Shown: positions 48,136 through 57,642, counted from the stretch's first letter. The stretch is 64,000 bases of DNA from Candidatus Parcubacteria bacterium (GCA_039796775.1 JBDKJD010000002.1:12574-76573), one strand, 5' to 3'. The notes: a model not told the origin generated them from the letters alone. Numbers and translations are program-made.

Positions 48136-48999
48136 TTACTGAGATTTCTTTGCTCCGAAGAGTAGCCAGCATGTGACAGCAATGGAACCGAGTAGGCCAA
48201 CAGTGAAGACAATTGATCCAACTGACCCCAAGGTGTAGTTTTTAAGCGTCACATAAGAGATCGCAAAAATCGCTGCTCCAACCGATAAGGATAGAGCTCC
48301 ACGTAATGTCTGAGCCCACTCACGAGCCTTTTTGGATGAGAAGACCAATAGACCGATTCCTGTTGCGAACAAAAGGAATCGCAGCTCAACCGACCACCAT
48401 GGGTGATATATTTCCCCTGCGAACGCAATGATGAGGGTTAAGCCTCCACCGATCCACATCCAGTGTTTTTTGATAAACATAAGACTGCGATCGTGGTTAC
48501 AGACGAATGCGACGATCGCAATGAATGCGAACATTCCAATCACATGAGCGATCAGGATGCCAGGGCTTATGTAGTAAGCGATAATCGCAGCTACCAAAAG
48601 CATAAGACTCGCAACTCCAACCATGACAGGCACGGTCTGGAGCATGAACCAGTCAAACGCTTGAATGGAGTGCGCCTTGATAAAGGTAACTGCCCGCTCA
48701 AGCGCATTCTTGGTCCAACCCATCGCGTCACGCACAGCCCGACTTCTCAGGAAGCGCATGATGGCTGCTCGTTGGTTGTAGATGAGCCATAAGACTCCTA
48801 TCACTAGAAGCAGCCAGCCAACACCTTTGGTTTGTAAACCAAATAAGCCAAGGATTAGCCACCCAAATGTGGCACCGAGTACCACATCGAGAATCGCAGC
48901 CCCAAGTGGGAAGCTATGCTTGAGGTCAAGATACGCCCTCAAGACATAGTTGATACTGTTAAGTATCAACAAGAAAAGACGAGAGAAAAAGATACGCAT
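48136..48999 (-). CDS. polytopic membrane protein of unknown function, GC-richer with a strong SD (AAGGAGGG)
   Basis: About 8 predicted TM helices. GC is elevated relative to the flanks. Confidence 0.5.
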   Translation of the reverse strand: MRIFFSRLFLLILNSINYVLRAYLDLKHSFPLGAAILDVVLGATFGWLILGLFGLQTKGVGWLLLVIGVLWLIYNQRAAIMRFLRSRAVRDAMGWTKNALERAVTFIKAHSIQAFDWFMLQTVPVMVGVASLMLLVAAIIAYYISPGILIAHVIGMFAFIAIVAFVCNHDRSLMFIKKHWMWIGGGLTLIIAFAGEIYHPWWSVELRFLLFATGIGLLVFSSKKAREWAQTLRGALSLSVGAAIFAISYVTLKNYTLGSVGSIVFTVGLLGSIAVTCWLLFGAKKSQ

Positions 49000-49166
49000 A
49001 GTACCCTCCTTAAAAAAGAAATGTAAAAGATCAATTATTTTTTCTAAAAACGCTCTTAAATAGAGAGCGGTTTTAGCAAAAACAACTATACTATATTATA
49101 CATATTTTATAACAAAAGTCAATATTTACTAATACTTAAAAATATTGTATTTATTCTTATTTTCCT

Positions 49167-49367
49167 TTATAAATTAGGTAGTATAAGGATATTTGAACCA
49201 CCTTCACACATGATTTTTGATAATCCAAGTGCGCTTTCTACTAAGAAATAGCATGTATCTGGTCCGGTGACGAGCATTGTACCCTGCTCTATCCATTTCA
49301 TAACGAATAACCCCCCTTCTTCTACAACGGTTATTGCATCTTTGGTGATAGTGATTTCTGGTAACAT
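49167..49367 (-). CDS. small hypothetical protein (66 aa)
   Basis: ORF with a downstream hairpin at about 49056..49082. Weak evidence. Confidence 0.2.
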   Translation of the reverse strand: MLPEITITKDAITVVEEGGLFVMKWIEQGTMLVTGPDTCYFLVESALGLSKIMCEGGSNILILPNL

Positions 49368-49606
49368 GACACTCCCTATACTACTCTTTCTTTTATGGTT
49401 GTGCTAGCACATAAAAATATGATAGTGTCAAACTATATCTACTTATGAGTATGTATGATATAGTGCAATTATTACAGCGACACAGAATCACGGTCAAGAC
49501 AAAGAAGCGAAAGAGTAGATATATTGTTAATGATTTTAAAACGTTTTTTGAACAAAGGTTAGAGATTTTAACTCATCACTAACTATTAATAACTAATCAC
49601 TATTGT

Positions 49607-50191
49607 ATGCTTATTCCAACAGTTATAGAAAAAAGCCAATCCGGCGAACGTGCCTATGATATTTACTCACGCCTCCTTAAAGAAAGAATTATATTTTTAG
49701 GCGATAGGGTTGACGAGCATACAGCATCTCTTGTTGTTGCGCAAATGCTTTTCTTGGAAGCTGAAGATCCCAAAAAAGATATTATGCTTTATATCAATTC
49801 CCCTGGCGGAAGTGTATATGATGGTCTCGCTATTTATGACACCATGAGACATCTCAAATGTGATGTCGCTACAGTAGGTATAGGTATGCAGGCGTCTATG
49901 GGAGCGTTCCTTCTCTCAAGTGGTACAAAAGGCAAGCGAAGTATTCTCCCTCACTCAACTGTCATGATTCATCAACCTTCAAGCGGGGCCCAGGGTAAAA
50001 TAACAGATATAGAGATAGATCTTAAAGAAGGTGTTCGTCTTAAGAAAATGCTTAACGAAATTCTTGCTAAGAACACGGGGCAAAAAGTAGAGACCATCGA
50101 AAAAGATAGTGATCGCGATTATTGGATGTCTGCAGAAGAAGCTAAAAAATACGGGATTGTAGACAATATTCTAAAACCGAAGGCTAAATAA
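49607..50191 (+). CDS. clpP: ATP-dependent Clp protease proteolytic subunit
   Basis: Ser-His-Asp context ([17 protein letters not shown]) and full-length ClpP similarity. Confidence 0.9.
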   Translation: MLIPTVIEKSQSGERAYDIYSRLLKERIIFLGDRVDEHTASLVVAQMLFLEAEDPKKDIMLYINSPGGSVYDGLAIYDTMRHLKCDVATVGIGMQASMGAFLLSSGTKGKRSILPHSTVMIHQPSSGAQGKITDIEIDLKEGVRLKKMLNEILAKNTGQKVETIEKDSDRDYWMSAEEAKKYGIVDNILKPKAK

Positions 50192-50192
50192 C

Positions 50193-51710
50193 ATGTCTAC
50201 AACAGTACTTCTTATTGAAGGCGCTGTCATATTTATTATAGGAGGCGCCATTGGATATGTGATACGTCACTATGTGGCGTTGTCTCGCCGTTCCACACTT
50301 GAATCAGAAATTGAAGAGAAATTATTACATGCGAAGCGTGAAGCTCGTGCCATAGAAGATGAGGCGCTCAACCGAGCGAGCGTACAGAGAGATGAACTCA
50401 AAAAAAATGAAGACAGAATTCTCAAGCAAGAAGAACGATTAGACAAAAGAGAAAAGGAATTATCCGAAAAGGATGATTTCTTACAAAAAGAGAAGCAAGA
50501 GTTAAAAGCCGGTATAAAAGCATTTGAAAAAGTAAGAGAAGTTGTTCAAGAAAAAGAAAAGACTCTTGATATTCGCTTAGAAGAAGTTGCGGGGTTATCT
50601 AAAGACATTGCTCGTCAAATGGTGTTAGATAAAGTAATACAAGAAGGAGAACAAGATATCGCTTCGAGACTTCTTAAGCTTGCTCGTGACGGAGAGTCAA
50701 AACTCGAAGAGAAGGCGAGAGACATTTTGGTCAACGCAATCTATAGGATAGGTAATACTCAAGTAGCTCAGTTCACCACTTCAACAATCGAAATAGAAAG
50801 CGAAGAAGTTAAGGGTAAGATAATTGGTAAAGAAGGGCGTAACATAAAAACTTTTGAGCGATATGCTGGTGTTGAAGTACTGGTAGATGAGATACCAAAT
50901 GCAATTGTGGTTTCTTGTTTTGATCCAGTGAGAAGAGCGATAGCAAAGAATGCACTCCAGATGCTTATCAAGGATGGTCGTATTCAACCAGCAAAAATAG
51001 AAGAGTATATAGAAAAAGCAAAGAAAGATATTGGAGTCTTCATGAAAAAGAAAGGAGAAGAAGCTGTGCTTGCATGCGGGCTCCTTTCTGTTCCAGAAGA
51101 GCTTATCCCAATCATAGGACGTCTTTATTTTAGAACAAGTTATGGTCAAAATGTTCTCGATCATTCGGTTGAGATGGCTCATATTGCTGGAGTGCTTGCT
51201 TATGAACTCGGAGTCGATCCATATGTAGCTAAAGCAGGAGCACTTCTTCATGATATTGGGAAAGCTGTTGATCATGAGATACAGGGTACTCATGTTGAAA
51301 TAGGTCGCAAGATTCTTATGAAGTATGGAGTCGATGAGCGAGTGATACTCGCGATGCAGGCTCATCATGAAGAGTATCCGTATGAAACAATAGAAAGTAT
51401 TATAGTCCAAGTCGCAGATGCGATATCAGGGGGACGTCCTGGGGCGCGCAGAGATACAGTGGACAGATATATTAAACGTCTAGAAGATTTAGAAGCGATA
51501 GCGCTCGCCTTTTCTGGCATTGAGAAGGTGTATGCGCTTCAGGCAGGGCGTGAAATCAGAGTATTCGTGTCCCCTACGCTTGTATCTGATTTAGAAGCGA
51601 GAGATTTGGCACGTAATATCGCATTACGTGTAGAGGAAGAACTTCGTTTTCCAGGAGAGATCAAAATACATGTGATTAGAGAATCAAGAGTAATAGAATT
51701 CGCGAGATAG
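50193..51710 (+). CDS. rny: ribonuclease Y
   Basis: N-terminal TM, coiled coil, KH domain (KGKIIGKEGRNIK), and an HD domain (LLHDIGKAVDHE). Confidence 0.85.
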   Translation: MSTTVLLIEGAVIFIIGGAIGYVIRHYVALSRRSTLESEIEEKLLHAKREARAIEDEALNRASVQRDELKKNEDRILKQEERLDKREKELSEKDDFLQKEKQELKAGIKAFEKVREVVQEKEKTLDIRLEEVAGLSKDIARQMVLDKVIQEGEQDIASRLLKLARDGESKLEEKARDILVNAIYRIGNTQVAQFTTSTIEIESEEVKGKIIGKEGRNIKTFERYAGVEVLVDEIPNAIVVSCFDPVRRAIAKNALQMLIKDGRIQPAKIEEYIEKAKKDIGVFMKKKGEEAVLACGLLSVPEELIPIIGRLYFRTSYGQNVLDHSVEMAHIAGVLAYELGVDPYVAKAGALLHDIGKAVDHEIQGTHVEIGRKILMKYGVDERVILAMQAHHEEYPYETIESIIVQVADAISGGRPGARRDTVDRYIKRLEDLEAIALAFSGIEKVYALQAGREIRVFVSPTLVSDLEARDLARNIALRVEEELRFPGEIKIHVIRESRVIEFAR

Positions 51711-51714
51711 TGAT

Positions 51715-51742
51715 AAACAGCACAATGAAGTGCTGTTTTTTA
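51715..51742 (+). terminator. intrinsic terminator AACAGCAC-AATGAA-GTGCTGTT plus T-tract after rny
   Basis: Read from the sequence. Confidence 0.6.
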
Positions 51743-52269
51743 ATACTTACCCATCAAAAGGTTTGTAATACGTAGGGTAGACTCCTTAAGTTGAATACGG
51801 TGTATCAAAGCGCGCATGAAGGTTACACCTTCATGCGCGGTTCTAGGTATACTTACATGTACTATGTCGCTTAGCATCGCGCTCTCTGTATTTTTGGCTA
51901 CACATCATGATTGATGCTCTGTATGTGCTTTATATGCGAAATGTGGCCGACAAAAAAGCGTTGAGAGCTGCATCCTTTGGGTCACTTATTCATATTCTCA
52001 CCGCCTTCACCGTCATATCATATACGCAAGATATACGATACATCGTACCACTTGTTCTTGGTTCTTTTCTTGGTGCATATATAACAGTTAAGTATATCTC
52101 TTAGCTTTTTGACAGAAATATATAACGTTGTGTTACCACTTGCACAAAATCCCTAGAGTTATATACTTATTTTATCCTTTTGCATGCGTCACAGCATGTG
52201 AGGAGTTTAATAAATTTATTGTAGGTGACATGGTCCTAGGAAAACATGTCTCCAACTAACACTCATCAT

Positions 52270-52542
52270 ATGAACAAAGCAGGTCTCGTTGAAGCAGTAC
52301 ACGCTGTACTCGGTTCAACAAAAGTACAAGCAGAAGAAGTTGTTGAAACAGTTTTTGGTACTATCGTTAAGACCCTTTCAAAGGGTGACGAAGTAGCGAT
52401 CGCTGGTGTGGGTAAGTTTACTGTTAAGATGCGTAAGGCTCGTGAGGCTCGTAACCCAAAGACTGGTGAAACCGTTAAGGTCCCAGCAACTAAGGTTCCA
52501 AAGTTCTCAGCAGCTAAGGCTCTTAAGGACGCTGTTAAGTAA
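52270..52542 (+). CDS. hup: HU family DNA-binding protein
   Basis: MNKAGLVEAV...GFGKF-like arm with RNPKTGE. The start is placed at the internal ATG 52270. Confidence 0.85.
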   Translation: MNKAGLVEAVHAVLGSTKVQAEEVVETVFGTIVKTLSKGDEVAIAGVGKFTVKMRKAREARNPKTGETVKVPATKVPKFSAAKALKDAVK

Positions 52543-52560
52543 TTAACTGAAGTCTGTATC

Positions 52561-52588
52561 AAAAAACACCGCGATTGCGGTGTTTTTT
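52561..52588 (+). terminator. intrinsic terminator AAAAAACACCGC-GATT-GCGGTGTTTTTT after hup
   Basis: Read from the sequence. Confidence 0.7.
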
Positions 52589-52603
52589 GATTTTACTTTC
52601 TTT

Positions 52604-52984
52604 TTAGTGAAGGTTGTATTCATCTGGATTACCGCCAGCTGCAACAATCCCTCTTCTTTGTTTTTCCTGTTGCGCTACGTAGCCATTCTTCTCTTCCTGA
52701 AGCTTGTCGAGAATTTGTTTTCTGATGGCCTGAATACCCGGGTCTGTAACGTTAGCATATTCAGCTTCTCCTGCTCTAATTTGCTCTGCTATCTCGGCTG
52801 CCCTCTTTTGTGATTCGAGGTACTCTTGTCCAAGTTTTGCAACATCCTGAGACATTTGCTCTCTTTGAGCATCAACTAAGAATGTCCTTTCCGCGTGTCC
52901 CCCTGCTGCAGCGAGCGACGGCCCTCTAGTAATCCTTTGGTCTTGATCTCCTGCTATATTTAGCCCATTTTGTTCCATGTTCAT
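52604..52984 (-). CDS. hypothetical protein
   Basis: 126-aa ORF with moderate GC and no motif. Confidence 0.35.
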   Translation of the reverse strand: MNMEQNGLNIAGDQDQRITRGPSLAAAGGHAERTFLVDAQREQMSQDVAKLGQEYLESQKRAAEIAEQIRAGEAEYANVTDPGIQAIRKQILDKLQEEKNGYVAQQEKQRRGIVAAGGNPDEYNLH

Positions 52985-53025
52985 ATTGTTTAAGTGTCTC
53001 AGAATAATAGATGTGAGTCAATAAA

Positions 53026-53370
53026 TTACGCCGCCAGTTTCCCTTCCCCTATGTCAGAGTCGTTCACTGCTCTTGCGGGAGCACTCTCAACTGCGTACAT
53101 CTCATCCTTTTCTATTTGGCTGGAGGCGTGCATGTTTCCTTCCGTGTCAAACTCCCCAGATCGCGCCACCTCATCTTCTTCCATAAGATCAAATAGTTTT
53201 GCCAGCAACTCTTTCTTTTCTTTTTCAGGCAAGGTTCTGCTTTGTTCTCTAAGAGTTGTTTGGATTTCAGCTATCTTGGCAGACCTTTCTTTGTGAGAAA
53301 ATATCTCAGCCACCTGAGACGGATTGTCTATTATTTTAGAGCCCTCTGGCCAAAATTCTGTGAATCGCAT
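53026..53370 (-). CDS. hypothetical acidic protein
   Basis: 114-aa ORF. Confidence 0.35.
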   Translation of the reverse strand: MRFTEFWPEGSKIIDNPSQVAEIFSHKERSAKIAEIQTTLREQSRTLPEKEKKELLAKLFDLMEEDEVARSGEFDTEGNMHASSQIEKDEMYAVESAPARAVNDSDIGEGKLAA

Positions 53371-53399
53371 AAGTTGTTAGGGTGTGTAAGTGTTAAAAT

Positions 53400-54197
53400 T
53401 TATTTGTAAGCTACGTAGCCACATGCGTCGATTACCTGGGCTTTCGTTATTCCGGAAATCATGGACTTTTTATTTTTTAGCGCCCTTAACGCCTCCATAT
53501 CATCAAGCGGTAGTTTTTCAATTCTTGAAAACCCTGCCCCAGTTAACATCTGTTCAACGAGTTCAGTTGGCACCATTTCCTCTACGTCTATGTTGTCATT
53601 ATAAAATACGTGCCCATCTTTGTCTGTATATCTAAAATAACCAAAACTGCTTAGTATGAGGAATCCTCCTGAGTGTAAAACACGGTACGCTTCAGCTATA
53701 AGATTATTTACAAACTTGAGCTCCCCTTGCTCTTTGTTAGGTTCATTAATGAGATTTGTTGAGACATACCCAGCAATAGAGTTGTCTGAGAAAGGTAGTC
53801 GAGTGGCGTCGGCGACTACTGGGCTGAGCTCTGGGCCAGCCTCGTCAGCCCCCCTGTCTTGGTCAAGTAAAAGCCAGCCACGAGCGCGGGTGTGAGAGAT
53901 GTCCAAAGGTATAATATTGGTATTCTGCTTAATTTTGTTAAGCGCCTTAGTTAAGTTGCTGGCTCCTTCCCTGTCGAACGGGTATCCGGCTCCGGCGACG
54001 ACCACGCTTTGTCCTTCAAGGTCCGTCGATGAAAAAATTTTCGAATACGTTTCTGGGGCGACAAAATCGTAGTTGGTAAACATCTTCCCTCCATACTCTT
54101 CAAGGAAAAATTCTTTTTCAGATAGCGACATTTTATCGCTATGTCCAAGTATCTCTGTAAGCTCATTAAGCGAATTTTGTTGCGGTATTTTTTCCAT
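53400..54197 (-). CDS. putative class I SAM-dependent methyltransferase
   Basis: VVVAGAGYPFD (motif I-like) and VLHSGGFLIL (motif post-I/II-like). Weak evidence. Confidence 0.4.
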   Translation of the reverse strand: MEKIPQQNSLNELTEILGHSDKMSLSEKEFFLEEYGGKMFTNYDFVAPETYSKIFSSTDLEGQSVVVAGAGYPFDREGASNLTKALNKIKQNTNIIPLDISHTRARGWLLLDQDRGADEAGPELSPVVADATRLPFSDNSIAGYVSTNLINEPNKEQGELKFVNNLIAEAYRVLHSGGFLILSSFGYFRYTDKDGHVFYNDNIDVEEMVPTELVEQMLTGAGFSRIEKLPLDDMEALRALKNKKSMISGITKAQVIDACGYVAYK

Positions 54198-54254
54198 GCA
54201 TCTAATTGTAAGTGGTGTACCAGAATTTTAATTATTTTTATCCAAAAAACAGTT

Positions 54255-54614
54255 TTATTTTTTTCTGGATTCTATTATTTGATTGATTGCTTCTAAGTTT
54301 CTTCTTTTTTTGTCTTGCAGAATATTGAGCTCTATGGTGAATCTAACAATATCAGCAGCCCTGCCCCCTTTTTCTATGTCTTCCCGTTTGAGAGTCTCAA
54401 GGTCTTCTTCTACCCCCTTAATGAGAGCGTTAATATTTTTATTTTCAAAAACGAGATCTTCTACGTTTTCAGCAAGTTCTTTCTGTTCGCGTTCTTCAGT
54501 CATGTGGTAAGTGTACTTGAGGTTATAGGGAAAGGCAAAAGATCTTGATGAAATAAACATGGACGAGAATCGGTTACCAAACATATCATTATTCTGGCGT
54601 AAGAGAATCGGCAA
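54255..54614 (-). CDS. hypothetical coiled-coil protein
   Basis: 119-aa ORF. Confidence 0.35.
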   Translation of the reverse strand: MPILLRQNNDMFGNRFSSMFISSRSFAFPYNLKYTYHMTEEREQKELAENVEDLVFENKNINALIKGVEEDLETLKREDIEKGGRAADIVRFTIELNILQDKKRRNLEAINQIIESRKK

Positions 54615-54736
54615 TTGTTAAGGTATTTTGTTTCATACCTTCAGTACTCACAAAATACTCTTAACTTTCGCCTAAAATAAAAGCGACAAAAATTAAAAAG
54701 AGAAAAGTAAGACAGAAACTTTCCTCTTTTTAATTT

Positions 54737-54806
54737 TCGTACACCGCTTTTATGTTCGATTCTCAGGTAAAAGTGTCTAGACACTGTTACTTTACGCCGC
54801 ACAGAA
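54737..54806 (+). repeat. pseudo-tRNA 3-prime-half element: CCGCTTTT-GTTCGATTCTC-(27-nt palindromic insert)-TTACGCCGCACAG, inverted relative to the adjacent tRNA-Gly(TCC)
   Basis: Contains the T-loop and acceptor 3-prime strand of tRNA-Gly separated by AGGTAAAAGTGTCTAGACACTGTTACT. It is paralogous to the element at 56700..56765. Confidence 0.6.
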
Positions 54807-54855
54807 ATACAAAAAGCACGTAGTATCTACGTGCTTTTTGTATTTCTGTGCGGCG
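54795..54855. repeat. 61-nt perfect palindrome (29-bp stem) whose right arm is the 3-prime acceptor end plus trailer of tRNA-Gly(TCC)
   Basis: CGCCGCACAGAAATACAAAAAGCACGTAG-TATC-CTACGTGCTTTTTGTATTTCTGTGCGGCG. Confidence 0.7.
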
Positions 54856-54919
54856 TAAGAGAATCGAACTCTTGTCTCCTGCTTGGAAGGCAGGCATTCT
54901 ACCACTAAACCAACACCGC
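54849..54919 (-). tRNA. tRNA-Gly (anticodon TCC); no encoded CCA
   Basis: Manual fold of GCGGTGTTGGTTTAGTGGTAGAATGCCTGCCTTCCAAGCAGGAGACAAGAGTTCGATTCTCTTACGCCGCA: acceptor 7 bp (one GU), anticodon stem CCTGC/GCAGG with loop CTTCCAA, T-stem AAGAG/CTCTT with T-loop TTCGATT. Confidence 0.8.
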
Positions 54920-54968
54920 TTGTTGATAGTGAATATACTACTACATTTTTTATTTTTATTCCAGCCCC

Positions 54969-55217
54969 CTATCTCACTTTAGTAAAACGATAACACGTAG
55001 CACCCCCTTCAATGGTCACCTCTTCCATAAAATCATGTATAGGTCTTATCCAAATGGTGTTATCTGTCAAAGCTTTGTAAATTACACATTCCGCCATATC
55101 AAGAGTTGATTCTTTAACCTGAAGGCGTCCAGTGTTGATAATCTCATACTCCCCTTTTGTTTTATAATGCTGCCAGATCTCACCAGTGTTAGGTTTTTTA
55201 TTATTCATAGTAGTCAT
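54969..55217 (-). CDS. DUF1653-like small protein
   Basis: GEIWQHYKTKGEYEII...AECVIYKAL...IWIRP pattern, typical of DUF1653. Confidence 0.45.
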   Translation of the reverse strand: MTTMNNKKPNTGEIWQHYKTKGEYEIINTGRLQVKESTLDMAECVIYKALTDNTIWIRPIHDFMEEVTIEGGATCYRFTKVR

Positions 55218-55252
55218 ATTGTTTTTTATGAAACTTCAATACCCAGAAAATT

Positions 55253-55477
55253 TTAACATACTATAAATCCTAGCAATAAAGGCAAGATAGTCAGTATCCA
55301 CAACGTGTGAGCATAGATCAGAATCTTTTCTTTATGAAAAATCCCATAACTTAGCCAAACCAAAGAGGAAAATAAATAAAAGGACCAAGAAATAAGAGAG
55401 GCACCTTCTACGCTTTTACTTGACCAAACTAAATAGAGTTGTGGCAGTGTAAAAACTGGACCAAGGATACCTATCAA
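55253..55477 (-). CDS. small membrane protein (2 TM)
   Basis: 74-aa hydrophobic ORF. Weak evidence. Confidence 0.25.
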   Translation of the reverse strand: MIGILGPVFTLPQLYLVWSSKSVEGASLISWSFYLFSSLVWLSYGIFHKEKILIYAHTLWILTILPLLLGFIVC

Positions 55478-55546
55478 TAGAACAAAATTATCAAACAGGC
55501 GTCCTCTTTTTTTTGTAAAAAATGATTAACCGTTAATTATGTAGTG

Positions 55547-55619
55547 TCGGGGTGCAGGGATTCGAACCCTGAGTCGCTGGTACCCAAAACCAGAATGTTA
55601 GCCGTTACACCACACCCCG
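55547..55619 (-). tRNA. tRNA-Pro (anticodon TGG); C1-G72 pair, G37; no encoded CCA
   Basis: CGGGGTGTGGTGTAACGGCTAACATTCTGGTTTTGGGTACCAGCGACTCAGGGTTCGAATCCCTGCACCCCGA: perfect acceptor and T-stem, anticodon stem CTGGT/ACCAG with loop TTTGGGT. Confidence 0.8.
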
Positions 55620-55692
55620 AAGTGTATTTCGGAATGTGATGCTCAGGCAATCGTCGCGACTTAGACTCGTCGCTGACTGGTAATACTTGCAA

Positions 55693-55800
55693 AACCAGTT
55701 CTATGTTAGCCGTTACACCACACCCCGAAGTGTGATTACTATCTTATTTATTAGATTGGGTTTTGCTGTGTTCTGGGTCAAGACCAGAATGTTAGCCGTG
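55693..55800 (-). pseudogene. two degenerate partial copies of the tRNA-Pro 5-prime half (55693..55738 and 55781..55800) upstream of the intact gene
   Basis: AAAACCAGTTCTATGTTAGCCGTTACACCACACCCCGAAGTG and AGACCAGAATGTTAGCCGTG match the tRNA-Pro 5-prime half. Neither is followed by a T-arm. Confidence 0.55.
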
Positions 55801-55890
55801 CAGAATTTCTTTTGCACACCCCAATACATGACAATTTAAAAAATTGTTTCTTAATACTAACACATTTTTAAAAAAACGCAGCCCCCAATA

Positions 55891-56280
55891 TTATTCTTTG
55901 TGAATATTTTCAAGTAGCTTAACCCTCCCCTCTCTTTTATTATTATCAATATACACACAAGCTAAATCTATTTGCTCTTTTATAGTATCTGATATTCCAT
56001 TAATTTTTTTATATTCTAGTATTGCAATAAGTAGTTTTGACCACTTAGCAAAAGTGAGATTATCTTCCGGTTGTATTTTTGAGATATAAACAGAATCTAG
56101 CGATATGACCTTTATAGACTTCACTTCAATGAAATGAAAAATATTGTCTTTTTTAGCAATAATATCTATTTCTCCGTGTTTGGTTCTAAAATTTTTTGAA
56201 ATGACAGAAAAACCAAGTTTCACAAGAAACGATAGAGCTAACTTTTCCCCTATTTTACCTATTTCATTGTGTTCTGCCAT
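55891..56280 (-). CDS. yraN: YraN family (UPF0102) endonuclease-like protein
   Basis: GEIDIIAKKDNIFHFIEVKS motif. Confidence 0.65.
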   Translation of the reverse strand: MAEHNEIGKIGEKLALSFLVKLGFSVISKNFRTKHGEIDIIAKKDNIFHFIEVKSIKVISLDSVYISKIQPEDNLTFAKWSKLLIAILEYKKINGISDTIKEQIDLACVYIDNNKREGRVKLLENIHKE

Positions 56281-56605
56281 TATTTCTTTTTTTTAAAGAC
56301 GTTTCACGTGAAACATGTGTCTTCTATGTACTTAATTAAAAGTCAGTCTTTTTTATAAAACCATTGCATAGTAAGAGTATTTAAACATTAAAAGCATTAT
56401 TTGTACACTTTGACTTATATCTATTGTACTGTCCGTTATGCACCATACTCACAGAGTTATCCCCAGTTTTGTACTTTTGTGAACAACCGTTTAGGTTTAT
56501 GAAGATCTGAGTTTTTAATTTAAAAACAGGGGACTTCATGCACAAAAGCCTTACATTGTAACTATTTTGAGATAATGACACCTTGTGATAAGATAATAAA
56601 CACTC

Positions 56606-56676
56606 GCGGTGTTGGTTTAGTGGTAGAACACGTCCTTGCCAAGGATGAGACAGGAGTTCGATTCTCCTACGCCGCA
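56606..56676 (+). tRNA. tRNA-Gly (anticodon GCC); no encoded CCA
   Basis: GCGGTGTTGGTTTAGTGGTAGAACACGTCCTTGCCAAGGATGAGACAGGAGTTCGATTCTCCTACGCCGCA: anticodon stem CGTCC/GGATG (one GU) with loop TTGCCAA, T-stem AGGAG/CTCCT. Confidence 0.8.
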
Positions 56677-56699
56677 CAGGTAATAAAAACGTTAGTTTT

Positions 56700-56765
56700 T
56701 ATTGTGCGCGTAGAGTAACAGTGCTTAGGCACTGTTACGTGAGAATCGAACGGAAAAGCGGTTTA
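56700..56765 (-). repeat. pseudo-tRNA 3-prime-half element (minus-strand sense CCGCTTTTCC-GTTCGATTCTC-ACGTAACAGTGCCTAAGCACTGTTAC-TCTACGCGC), inverted relative to tRNA-Gly(GCC). An imperfect palindrome at 56668..56712 links it to the tRNA.
   Basis: Same architecture and shared CCGCTTTT prefix as the element at 54737..54806. Confidence 0.55.
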
Positions 56766-57022
56766 CATAAGTATTATGAATAAAAGCTGGGGGCATGGCT
56801 TTATTCATAGTGCTTATGTCGCTTTTCCCGGGGTCGAGGCTACGTGCCGAGATGAGAAAAGCAAAGCTTTTTAAAGCGAGCCGTAGCGGTGACCGATCTC
56901 CTACGCCGCACCGAATCGTTTTCGTGTCACGTGTAACACTTAAAAATCTCTACTTATCAATAGTTTCATGGTTTGAGTGTTTCTTGTGTAACATTTTTCG
57001 TGGAATGGTTTATACTTGAATT

Positions 57023-57349
57023 ATGCCATTTGTTAAAATCTATCTTAAAAATAAGGGGGCTGACCGTGAAAAGCTTAAGAATCTGTCACAGAAATATGTT
57101 GCTGAGGCAGCATCTGGACAAGTAAGGGGTGTTGTTGCGCCAAATGAAGTAGAGGTGGTCTTTTTTGAGAAAAGGGAAAGTGATCACTTGATAAAAGACG
57201 TAGTTATTCAGGTTTTTCTTAAGAAGACAGACGAAAGGGTTGCTAATTTTGAGGAGAGGCACGTAAAACTCTTTGGAGATCTAAAGGCAGAAATAGGGGA
57301 TTTTTCATTACAAACCGCTCTTAGTGAACACGAATATTCTGAAAGTTAA
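57023..57349 (+). CDS. possible tautomerase-family (4-OT-like, Pro1) protein
   Basis: Begins MPFVKIYL (Met-Pro start with beta-alpha-beta-like periodicity). Weak evidence. Confidence 0.3.
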   Translation: MPFVKIYLKNKGADREKLKNLSQKYVAEAASGQVRGVVAPNEVEVVFFEKRESDHLIKDVVIQVFLKKTDERVANFEERHVKLFGDLKAEIGDFSLQTALSEHEYSES

Positions 57350-57556
57350 GCACATGTGTTTCTTGTGTAACGCTACCCGCCAGGAATTTCTTCAACAAAA
57401 ACGTCAGGATGTTCGGTCACCAAACATATACTTTTCTTTTCGTTCTCACGAACTCAATAAAAGTATTGTTTCGCGACCCAGAGAAAACCGACAAGCAATT
57501 CTTCTATAAAAACTATAGGCTCAGTTTTTATAGAAGAATTCTTGTATACCAGTTTT

Positions 57557-57642
57557 CTATTCGAATCCTGGCCGTACACGAAGCCGTTCATGTACTCGGG
57601 AGCACAAAAACAAACGCTTCGCTTATTATTTTTGTGCTCCCG
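57557..57642. repeat. inverted pseudo-copy of the tRNA-Arg 3-prime end (TTCGAATCCTGG + 25-nt hairpin insert + CGGGAGCACAAAAA) plus a perfect palindrome at 57597..57642 whose right arm is the tRNA-Arg 3-prime end
   Basis: CGGGAGCACAAAAA-CAAACGCTTCGCTTATTA-TTTTTGTGCTCCCG. The upstream insert CCGTACACGAAGCCGTTCATGTACT is itself a hairpin. Confidence 0.6.

Noticed and set aside
51907-52104. 65-aa plus-strand ORF (small membrane-like protein) between rny and hup
   Set aside because: No SD, no conservation signal, and it lies in a region with hairpins. Too weak to call.
52266-52562. 98-aa minus-strand ORF opposite hup
   Set aside because: Antisense to a clearly conserved HU gene. Ala/Thr-rich artefact.
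56381-56677. 98-aa minus-strand ORF overlapping tRNA-Gly(GCC), and plus-strand ORF 57409..57735 overlapping tRNA-Arg
   Set aside because: Both overlap confidently folded tRNA genes and palindromic repeats. Arg-rich artefactual translations.
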